The notes under the pieces are model-generated. The model had not been told where the DNA came from. It saw only the letters and a list, made by a program, of their open reading frames with translations, and searched no databases. Shown piece by piece: positions 9,223 through 15,869 of a DNA stretch of 47,294 bases. A program made the position numbers and the translations under genes. Source of the stretch: Spongiibacteraceae bacterium (GTDB lineage Bacteria; Pseudomonadota; Gammaproteobacteria; Pseudomonadales; Spongiibacteraceae); the NCBI GenBank assembly GCA_041591575.1, contig JBFHRT010000001.1, forward strand, positions 1-47,294, given 5' to 3'. Each line of letters starts with the position of its first letter. Position 1 is the stretch's first letter.

Positions 9223-9250
9223 GGTCGTTATAGGAGCGATCGCAAGCCGG

Positions 9251-10816
9251 TCAGTTCACCGCCCGCTTCCGCCCCTCCCAGTAGGGCGCGCGCAGCACGT
9301 GTTTGAGCAGTTTGCCGGAGGCATTGCGCGGCAGCTCGTCGACAAAATCCACGCTTTTGGGCAGCTTGTAGCCGGCGATGCGCGAGCGTGCAAACTCGAT
9401 CAGCGCCGCCTCGCTCAGCTCGGCACCGGAACGCCTCACCACTACCGCCTTCACCGCCTCGCCCCAACGATCGTCGGGTACGCCGATCACCGCCACGTCC
9501 TGCACCGCCTCGTGGCTGTGCAGGACGTTCTCCACCTCCGCCGGATAGATGTTCTCGGCGCCGGAGACGATCAAGTCCTTGATGCGGTCGCAGATGTAGA
9601 GGTAGCCGTCGGCGTCCAGGTAGCCAGCGTCGCCGCTGTGGTACCAGCCGCCGCTGAGCGCGGCGGCGGTGGCCTCGCCTCGCTTCCAGTAGCCGTTCAT
9701 CACCGCATCCGAGCGGATCAGGATCTCGCCCACCTCACCGGCGGGCAGGGGCTCGCCGTCGGCGTCGGCAATGCGGATTTCGCTGCCGACCAGGGCCCTG
9801 CCACAAGAGTTCATGCGGGCATTGCCGCGCACGTCGTGATCCGCCGGTGGCAGCGCGCAGATGGTGCCGGCGGTCTCGGTCATGCCGTAGTGCTGGGAGA
9901 AGCGCGCATTGCCGAACAGCTGCAGCGAGCGCCGCAGCACGTCGCCGGAAATCGGCGAGGCGCCGTAGACGATGAGGCGCATGGCGCCGAGCTCGGCCCG
10001 CTGCGCCGCCTCGTCGTTGACCAGCGCCTGCAGCAGCGCCGGCACGATAAACATCTTGCTGGCGCCGCTCTCCACTGCCTGGACCACAGCGGCCACATCC
10101 GGCGCCGGCAGGATCAGGTTGGTGCTGCCCTGGTAGAAGGCGGTGAAGCCCCACATAGTGCCGCCGATATGAAAGCTGGGCATGGCCACCAGGCTGAGGT
10201 CGTCATCGCGCCACTCCCCCCAGTCCGCGGCCGCGGCGCCGGCCATCTGTGCGAAGAAGGCGCGGTGGCTGATCAGTACCCCCTTGGGCTGGCCGGTGGT
10301 GCCGCTGGTGTACATCTGCATCACCACCTCGTCGCCGCCACGCTCAAGTTGCGAATCGCGGCTGTCCTGGGCGTCGCGCCAGGCCGGATATTCGGCGCCC
10401 TCGCCGTCACAGACGATCACCGCCTCGATACCCGGACAGGCGGCGCGCAGCTGTGTCAGCAGCGGCAGGAAGGCGCTCTCGATAAACAGCGTTTTGACCT
10501 CGCCGTCGTTGAGAATAAAGGCCAGCTCCGCTGCCGCAAGCCGCCAGTTGAGGCCGATCAGCACGGTGCCCGCCTTGGCGCAGCCGAACAGCAGTTCGAA
10601 GAAATAGTCGCTGTTGAGCCCCAGGTAGGCGATGCGCTGCTGCGGCGTTCGGCCCTGCGCGCGGAGGCCGTTGGCGACCCGCGAGGCGTATTCGTCGAGC
10701 GCGCGGTAGCTGCTGCGGCGCCCGGCGAAGATCTGCGCGATAGCCTCGGGTTGATGTCCAGCGTGGAAGCGGACCACGTCGCCCAGACTGCGGGCTTGTT
10801 CAGCGGGCTTGATCAT
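9251..10816 (-). CDS. Acyl-CoA synthetase / AMP-dependent ligase (ANL superfamily)
   Basis: 521 aa. AMP-binding motif YTSGTTGQPKGV, plus GEI...GY and C-terminal GK motifs. GGAGG Shine-Dalgarno upstream of the ATG at 10816. Confidence 0.92.
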   Translation of the reverse strand: MIKPAEQARSLGDVVRFHAGHQPEAIAQIFAGRRSSYRALDEYASRVANGLRAQGRTPQQRIAYLGLNSDYFFELLFGCAKAGTVLIGLNWRLAAAELAFILNDGEVKTLFIESAFLPLLTQLRAACPGIEAVIVCDGEGAEYPAWRDAQDSRDSQLERGGDEVVMQMYTSGTTGQPKGVLISHRAFFAQMAGAAAADWGEWRDDDLSLVAMPSFHIGGTMWGFTAFYQGSTNLILPAPDVAAVVQAVESGASKMFIVPALLQALVNDEAAQRAELGAMRLIVYGASPISGDVLRRSLQLFGNARFSQHYGMTETAGTICALPPADHDVRGNARMNSCGRALVGSEIRIADADGEPLPAGEVGEILIRSDAVMNGYWKRGEATAAALSGGWYHSGDAGYLDADGYLYICDRIKDLIVSGAENIYPAEVENVLHSHEAVQDVAVIGVPDDRWGEAVKAVVVRRSGAELSEAALIEFARSRIAGYKLPKSVDFVDELPRNASGKLLKHVLRAPYWEGRKRAVN

Positions 10817-10846
10817 ACGCTTGCCTCCGAAATGCGTTGGTGCCTG

Positions 10847-11092
10847 CTAGTTGTAATGGCTATAGGGATTGGCCACCTCAATGGGCTTGGATTTGCGCAA
10901 CAGGAAGCCGAGCAGGAAGAACCACAGGCTGCCGCGGATCAGACCGAAGGCCTTGCGCGCCTCGCCGGGAGTGAGGATGCCCTTGACCGGCATGGCACCC
11001 ATGACGGTGCCGGTGAATTCCAGGTTGTTGCCCCTGTGGCTGAGGGCCTTGACCTCCATCAAAACGGAGCCATCGGCGCTGTAGATTTTCAT
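10847..11092 (-). CDS. Small hypothetical protein (81 aa) with a C-terminal hydrophobic helix
   Basis: The ATG at 11092 gives MKIYSADGSVLMEVKALSHRGNNLEFTGTVMGAMPVKG...SLWFFLLGFLL. It fits exactly between the CrtI-like and CoA-ligase genes on the same strand. The upstream part of the 226-aa track ORF overlaps the CrtI-like gene and has shadow-frame composition. Confidence 0.5.
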   Translation of the reverse strand: MKIYSADGSVLMEVKALSHRGNNLEFTGTVMGAMPVKGILTPGEARKAFGLIRGSLWFFLLGFLLRKSKPIEVANPYSHYN

Positions 11093-11163
11093 GCTGACCT
11101 CGCAGTGTGATAATTCGGCGCTTTGGCTGTCGCGCAACAAACAAATGCGTTCACGGGGCCTCC

Positions 11164-12738
11164 TCAGATCTGCATCACTGACTCGATATTCATGCCGAAG
11201 TCGTCCAGCATTTTCATCGCGGTGGCGCGGCCGCCGCCGTTCACCGCACCGCCGGGATGCATAAAGGGGCCGCTGAGGTAGAGGCCGTCGGCGCCGGGCA
11301 CGGCGTAGCGCGCCAGCGCCGGCGTCGGCCGCCGCCCCAGGTACTGGTGCATGAAGGCGCCGATGCCCATGATGTCGCCCTTCTGAAAAGACGCCGACCA
11401 GCGCGCCATATCCGCCGGCGATTCCGCCGCCGAGGCGATGATGTTGTCGTTGGTCATATTGCGGCAGAACTTGCTGTATTCCCCCAGCATCCACTCCTTG
11501 TATTGGTCGCGGACTTCCTCGCTCCAACCGCCGTCACGCTTCAGCTCCAGCGGCGCGAAGCAGTACAGGTAGAGGGTGTGCTTGCCGGCCGGCGCGCGGC
11601 TGGGATCGTGGCGGCTGTGGTGGGCAATGACCGCATTGAAATGTTTGGCCAGGCGGCCGTCGCGCACGTCGTCCAGGGCGCTGCGCAGATGCTCCATACG
11701 TGAGGGCAGGCACTCCACCAGCAGCGAATCGTTCACCTCACGGCAGTGGTAGTCCGGCGCCTCATGCAGGGCCCAGTGGGTATTGAGGGCGCCGAAGCTG
11801 GACAATTCACAGTTCCGGGCGTCGCGCACCAGCTGCTGGTGCAGGCCCTCGACCATATCCCCCAACAGGTGGGGGTGGATGCAGGCCACCACACCCTTTG
11901 TCGCGCTCAGGATTTCACCGCCGGCCAGCTCCACGCCCCTGGCCTCGCCGCCGCTCATCACGATGCGGGTAACCTCGCTGTCGAGGCGAATCTCACCGCC
12001 GTGGTATTCGATGCAGGCCGCCAACGCGTCGCTCAGCGCCTGGCTGCCACCCACCACCGCGGTCTCTTCCTGAGTGTGGGCGACGGCGGTCATGAAGTAC
12101 AGGGCGATGGCGGTGCCGCGCTCGTCGGGGTGGGTCATGCCCTCGCTCATCCACTTCATGAAGTGCATGCGCACTTTTTCGTTCTCAAACAGTTCGTGGC
12201 AGAGCTGGGTGCCGCTCTTGAACATGGTGCCGACGATTTCCTGACCCAGTGGGCTCTGGTCCAGCATCGCCATAAAGGGTCCGAAGGGCAGCGGCGGCTT
12301 GAACATGCTAGCGGTGAACATCGGCCCCATCTCGATGGTGCGGTTCACAAAGGCGCGGTAGGTCTCGGCGTCCCTGGCCGAGAACTTGGCGATGGATTCG
12401 CAGGTCTTGTCCAGGTCGACGTAGGTGCCCATCCAGGTGTTGTCGTCGAAGATGGAGGAATAGGTGATATCGGGGCAGACAAAGCGCAGGCCAAAGCGGG
12501 ACTGCAGCTCCAGCTCGTCGTGGCGGATCATCGGATTGGCCATGACGATGATCATGCCGGTGGCGTGGGTGTCGTGCTTGAAGCCCGGCGCGGTGATCTC
12601 CTTGGATACCACACCGCCACCCACCTGGTCGTTCTTTTCCAGCACACAGACTTTGAGCCCGGCTTTGGCCAGGTAGGCGGCGGCGGTGAGGGAGTTGGAA
12701 CCGGCGCCGACGACGATGATGTCGCAGTGATTGGACAT
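11164..12738 (-). CDS. NAD(P)/FAD-dependent oxidoreductase, phytoene desaturase (CrtI) family
   Basis: 524 aa. N-terminal dinucleotide fold DIIVVGAGSNSLTAAAYLAKAGLKVCVLEKNDQVGGG. Length and C-terminal GGAVNGGGR are typical of CrtI/CrtISO/RetSat-like enzymes. Confidence 0.88.
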   Translation of the reverse strand: MSNHCDIIVVGAGSNSLTAAAYLAKAGLKVCVLEKNDQVGGGVVSKEITAPGFKHDTHATGMIIVMANPMIRHDELELQSRFGLRFVCPDITYSSIFDDNTWMGTYVDLDKTCESIAKFSARDAETYRAFVNRTIEMGPMFTASMFKPPLPFGPFMAMLDQSPLGQEIVGTMFKSGTQLCHELFENEKVRMHFMKWMSEGMTHPDERGTAIALYFMTAVAHTQEETAVVGGSQALSDALAACIEYHGGEIRLDSEVTRIVMSGGEARGVELAGGEILSATKGVVACIHPHLLGDMVEGLHQQLVRDARNCELSSFGALNTHWALHEAPDYHCREVNDSLLVECLPSRMEHLRSALDDVRDGRLAKHFNAVIAHHSRHDPSRAPAGKHTLYLYCFAPLELKRDGGWSEEVRDQYKEWMLGEYSKFCRNMTNDNIIASAAESPADMARWSASFQKGDIMGIGAFMHQYLGRRPTPALARYAVPGADGLYLSGPFMHPGGAVNGGGRATAMKMLDDFGMNIESVMQI

Positions 12739-12758
12739 GGATACCTCGATCTAGACTG

Positions 12759-12856
12759 CCGTCATTGCGAGGAGCCGAAGGCGACGCGGCAATCTCCATC
12801 AGCGTGGCAGTGACCGTCAGGAGATTGCTTCGTCGCTGCGCTCCTCGCAATGACGG
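12759..12856 (+). repeat. REP/MITE-like nested-hairpin element, copy C (near-canonical, 98 bp)
   Basis: CCGTCATTGCGAGGAGC-cgaag-GCGACGCGGCAATCTCC-atcagcGTGGCAGTGACcgtca-GGAGATTGCTTCGTCGC-tgc-GCTCCTCGCAATGACGG. Lies inside a minus-strand operon, between the SDR and CrtI-like genes. Confidence 0.9.
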
Positions 12857-12899
12857 CGCTGATATTCTGTGTCTCGCGTTTCCCGTTTCGCGCCCCGCC

Positions 12900-13661
12900 T
12901 CAATACTGAATCCGCTGGGTAAAGCCGCCGTCCACCACCACGTTGCTGCCGGTGGTGTAGCTGGCGCGCGGGCTGAGCAGGCACAGCGCCTGGAAGGCAA
13001 CCTCCTCTGCGGTGGCCATACGCCCCATGGGGCAGGCGGCCAGGGTGGCCTCGTACACCGGCGGCATGCCCTGCTTGACCTGGTCCCACATGCCGCTCTC
13101 GACAAACACCGGGCCGGGACTGACGGCATTGACGCGGATGCCCTTGGGCGCCAGCTCCATGGCCAGGTTGCCGGCGTAGTTGAGCAGCGCCGCCTTCATC
13201 GCCGCATAGGGGGTGGGGCCGGCGAACTTTTCCACTGCCGCCGAGGTGGCGATCACCAGCACCGCGCCGCAGTCAGATTGTTCCAGGTAGGGCATAGCGG
13301 CATTGATGCCGCGCACGGTGCCCAGCATGTCCAGCTCCAGATTGGCCAGCCAGCCGGCCTCGCTGCTGTCGAAGCCGCCGGCGCTGACATTGGGCACGAA
13401 GCAGTCGATGCCGCCCAGCTCCTCGGCGCAGCGCGCCACCCACTGGGCATAGGCATCGGCGTCGCGCACATCGCAGGCGGCGCCGTATACCGCCACGCCG
13501 TGGCGACTCAGCTCCGCCACCGCCTGCTCAACTTCCGCCGCGTCGCGGGCACAGATGCCCAGCCGACAGCTCTCCTGGGCCAGCAGCTCGGCGATGGCGC
13601 GACCGATGCCCTTGGTGGCGCCGCTGATCACGGCCACTTTGTCTTTCAGTTGCAGATCCAT
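12900..13661 (-). CDS. SDR-family oxidoreductase
   Basis: 253 aa. The TGxxxGIG-type motif appears as VISGATKGIGRAI, and a classical SDR YxxxK region is present (YAAMKAA). Confidence 0.9.
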   Translation of the reverse strand: MDLQLKDKVAVISGATKGIGRAIAELLAQESCRLGICARDAAEVEQAVAELSRHGVAVYGAACDVRDADAYAQWVARCAEELGGIDCFVPNVSAGGFDSSEAGWLANLELDMLGTVRGINAAMPYLEQSDCGAVLVIATSAAVEKFAGPTPYAAMKAALLNYAGNLAMELAPKGIRVNAVSPGPVFVESGMWDQVKQGMPPVYEATLAACPMGRMATAEEVAFQALCLLSPRASYTTGSNVVVDGGFTQRIQY

Positions 13662-13716
13662 AGTGTGCTCCTTATTAGGCTTATGACGTGGAGACTCGTT
13701 GCAACGCTCCCTGCGC

Positions 13717-14487
13717 TCAGGCGGCGGTCTGACCGCCGTCCACCGCCAGGTGGCTGCCGGTGACGCCGCTGGAGCGTTCTGAGGCGTAGTACAGCACCGC
13801 CTCGGCTACTTCGCGCCCCTCTACCAGGCGGCCGATCGGGTGGGTGGCGGCTAGCTCCGCCAGCGCCGCCTCCGGATCGCCGGCGGCGGCCAGCAGCGGC
13901 TCAAGCATGGGCGTGCGCACCACCCCGGGCAGCACCGCGTTGCAGCGGATGGTATAGCCGGCGCCGGCGCAGTGCAGGGCGATGCTGCGGGTCAGGCTCA
14001 GAATCGCCGCCTTGCTGGCGGCGTAGGCGGTGACCCAGGGTGCCGGCTTAAGCGCCGTGGTAGAGGCGACATTAACCAGCGCAGCGCCGTCGGGGTTATC
14101 TTTCATCAGTTCGATGGCGTATTTGCAGCCCAGGAACACGCCACCGGCGTTGGTGCGCAGGGTACTCTGGAAGGTGTCGTAGTCGCAGTTCTCGATATCC
14201 CCGGGCAGCATCACGCCGGCGCAGTTGACCAGTGCGTCAAGCCGCCCCCAGCGCTGGCGAATGGTCGCCATCACCCGCTGCCAATCCGCCTCCTCGGCGA
14301 TGTCCTGGCGCAGAAACTCGGCGCGCTCGCCCAGCTCTCGCTGCAGCGCCGCGCCGCGCTCCTCGCTGCGACCGGACAGCAGCACCACGGCGCCCTCCTC
14401 GGCGAAGCGGCGGGCAATATCGGCGCCGATGCCCGAGGTGGCGCCGGTAATAAGAACGACCTTGTCGGCTAGCACAGCCATGAACAT
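13717..14487 (-). CDS. SDR-family oxidoreductase
   Basis: 256 aa. VLITGATSGIGADIARRF and YAASKAA are present. The start may instead be the ATG at 14481. Confidence 0.9.
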   Translation of the reverse strand: MFMAVLADKVVLITGATSGIGADIARRFAEEGAVVLLSGRSEERGAALQRELGERAEFLRQDIAEEADWQRVMATIRQRWGRLDALVNCAGVMLPGDIENCDYDTFQSTLRTNAGGVFLGCKYAIELMKDNPDGAALVNVASTTALKPAPWVTAYAASKAAILSLTRSIALHCAGAGYTIRCNAVLPGVVRTPMLEPLLAAAGDPEAALAELAATHPIGRLVEGREVAEAVLYYASERSSGVTGSHLAVDGGQTAA

Positions 14488-14546
14488 CCCCTCGTATTGC
14501 CGAGCAATGCTTCAGTTTCGACTTAGTATAGGGGAATGAAAAATAA

Positions 14547-14568
14547 AAAAACAGTCTTACCTGTTTTT
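14547..14568. promoter_or_regulatory. AT-rich inverted-repeat operator candidate, site b
   Basis: AAAAACA-gtcttacc-TGTTTTT, 60 nt upstream of the SDR start at 14487 (minus strand). Confidence 0.6.
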
Positions 14569-14663
14569 AATAGTGCGCAGTGATAATCAGGGGCTGCCAG
14601 TAGGATGGGGTTGCAGCGAGGTCGACAGGAAATGCCGGGGAATGATGCGCTATTCGACAAACT

Positions 14664-14760
14664 CCGTCGTTGCGAGGAGCGCCAGCGACGCGGCAATCTC
14701 CTCAAGTCACTGCCACACTGGAGGGGATTGCCACGTCGCAGGCGGCGGCTCGCAATGACG
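14664..14760 (-). repeat. REP/MITE-like element, copy D1
   Basis: CCGTCGTTGCGAGGAGC..GCGACGCGGCAATCTCC..GTCACTGCCAC..GGGGATTGCCACGTCGC..GGCTCGCAATGACG. The core is in the reverse orientation. Confidence 0.85.
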
Positions 14761-14769
14761 CGACTATCT

Positions 14770-14870
14770 CACCGTTATCGCGAGGAACGCTTGCTAGCGA
14801 CCCAGCAATCTTGCTGAAGCCAGCGCCATCCCGATGGATGGTTGCCGTGTGGCCAGCCCACAACGACAGG
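14770..14870. repeat. REP/MITE-like element, copy D2 (strongly degenerate)
   Basis: CACCGTTATCGCGAGGAACGC..AGCGACCCAGCAATCTTGC...GGATGGTTGCCGTGTGGC..CACAACGACAGG aligns arm-by-arm with the canonical element but carries many substitutions. Confidence 0.5.
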
Positions 14871-14893
14871 GATGCTCCGCTATTCGACAACGC

Positions 14894-14990
14894 CCGTCAT
14901 TGCGAGGAGCGCAAGCGACGCAGCAATATCCTCAAGTCACTGCCACACTGAATGAGATTGCCGCGCCGCCGGTGGCGGCTCGCAATGACG
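14894..14990 (-). repeat. REP/MITE-like element, copy D3
   Basis: CCGTCATTGCGAGGAGC..GCGACGCAGCAATATCC..GTCACTGCCAC..TGAGATTGCCGCGCC..GGCTCGCAATGACG. It is the partner of D1 in a ~230-bp tandem duplication. Confidence 0.85.
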
Positions 14991-15054
14991 CGGGTATGTC
15001 ACCGCCATCGCGAAAAGCGCCGCCCGCCGCGGCGCGTTATGAGGAGAGTGCGCC

Positions 15055-15723
15055 TCAGCCCTTCTTGCTGTTACCGCGATACATGCGGTAACACTCGTCA
15101 GTGAGGTGCTCGACGATGGCGTCAAAGCGGGCGCGCTTGCGCGAGTGCACATAGGAACCCACCAAGCCGCGCAGGGTGAAGTTGACCAGGTCGGAGACCA
15201 GTTGCATCTGCCCTTCCTCCCAGTCCCCCTTGGTCCACAGTGACTCCTGAGCGCTGTAGAACTCCTTCTCGAAACGCTTCTGCATCGGCTCCATCAGCTT
15301 GGCCAGCTCGGCGTCGGTGCGCGCGGCAACAAACAGTTCCTGGTAGGCAGTAAAGCTGGGTTGGTTCAGGTATTTCCAGATGCCGAGGATACCCTCACGA
15401 AAATCCTCGCGGGTCAGTTCCTTGGCCTCGTGGGGCGGCAGGTAGGGAATCGCCTCACGAAACTCCCGCATGCGTTTTTCCTGCACATAGAGCACGGTGG
15501 CGGCAATCACCTCGTTGCGCGACGGGAAGTGGTGCATCATCGCGCCGCGGGACACGCCGGCCTCCTCGCAGATGCGCGGCGTGGTGGTATGACTGTAGCC
15601 ATACTGAATCAGGCAGCGGATGGCCGCTTCCAGAATGGCGGTGCGGGTCATCTGGCTCTTTTCCGCCTGCCATGAGCCCTCGCGGGTGCCGGCCTTGCGC
15701 CGGCGGGCGACTGGATTATTCAT
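15055..15723 (-). CDS. TetR/AcrR-family transcriptional regulator
   Basis: 222 aa. The N-terminal HTH reads TRTAILEAAIRCLIQYGYSHTTTPRICEEAGVSRGAMMHHFPSRNEVI. Confidence 0.92.
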   Translation of the reverse strand: MNNPVARRRKAGTREGSWQAEKSQMTRTAILEAAIRCLIQYGYSHTTTPRICEEAGVSRGAMMHHFPSRNEVIAATVLYVQEKRMREFREAIPYLPPHEAKELTREDFREGILGIWKYLNQPSFTAYQELFVAARTDAELAKLMEPMQKRFEKEFYSAQESLWTKGDWEEGQMQLVSDLVNFTLRGLVGSYVHSRKRARFDAIVEHLTDECYRMYRGNSKKG

Positions 15724-15757
15724 GCGCTGTGGCTACCTTTCCGTCGTGGACGCGCCC

Positions 15758-15763
15758 ATTATA
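15758..15763 (-). promoter_or_regulatory. Candidate -10 hexamer (TATAAT) of a TetR-gene promoter
   Basis: The minus strand reads ..cattttcc-TGGCAAGTGCTGCCACG-TATAAT-gggcg, about 35 nt upstream of the ATG at 15723. The -35 is weak (TTTTCC at a 17-nt spacing). Confidence 0.35.
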
Positions 15764-15799
15764 CGTGGCAGCACTTGCCAGGAAAATGCTGCTGACTGT

Positions 15800-15822
15800 A
15801 AAAACCAGCGCTGCCTGTTTTG
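15800..15822. promoter_or_regulatory. Degenerate copy of the AT-rich inverted repeat (N9 spacer), upstream of the TetR gene
   Basis: AAAAACC-agcgctgcc-TGTTTTG, 77 nt upstream of the TetR start. One mismatch per half-site and a 9-nt spacer. Confidence 0.35.
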
Positions 15823-15869
15823 TTTCTTGACGCTGTGCACGGCGACGCTGGTCACTGCCGGGCGATACC

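Larger units (their letters stand above)
14641..15040. repeat. Tandem duplication (~230-bp unit, 1.7 units) of a doublet of REP-like elements
   Basis: Unit 1 begins GATGCGCTATTCGACAAACTCCGTCG (14644). Unit 2 begins GATGCTCCGCTATTCGACAACGCCCGTCA (14871). Each unit is one good element (D1, D3) followed by a degenerate one (D2, and a truncated D4 at ~15000-15035 that abuts the TetR stop). Confidence 0.75.

Noticed and set aside
9161-11110. Very long ORFs antisense to the supported genes (for example 9161-11110 +, 15888-18095 +, 39176-41035 +, 25302-26702 -, 34332-35813 +, 41194-42597 +, 11746-12813 +).
   Set aside because: These are typical shadow ORFs of high-G+C DNA. Their translations are Arg/Ala/Gly/His-rich low-complexity strings with no recognisable motifs. 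The opposite strand in each case encodes a protein with clear family signatures (ANL ligase, TonB receptor, E2/E1beta, ADH, Rieske, E1alpha, CrtI-like).
14573-15152. Several 60-95-aa ORFs in the track lie within the repeat-rich gaps (for example 14573-14758, 14605-14817, 14670-14951, 14834-15091, 22763-22969, 42698-42976, 30593-30910).
   Set aside because: They are read-throughs of the REP-like elements. The same peptide fragments (..RHCEE.., ..APRNDG.., ..SLRGA..) recur in different frames and orientations wherever an element occurs, and there are no ribosome-binding sites. This is repeat-derived, not coding.
15766-15780. TGGCAGCACTTGCCA as a sigma-54 (-24/-12) promoter.
   Set aside because: The GG and GC dinucleotides are separated by 8 nt rather than the 10 nt of TGGCAC-N5-TTGC. 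On the plus strand there is no downstream gene. No enhancer-binding-protein gene is present.
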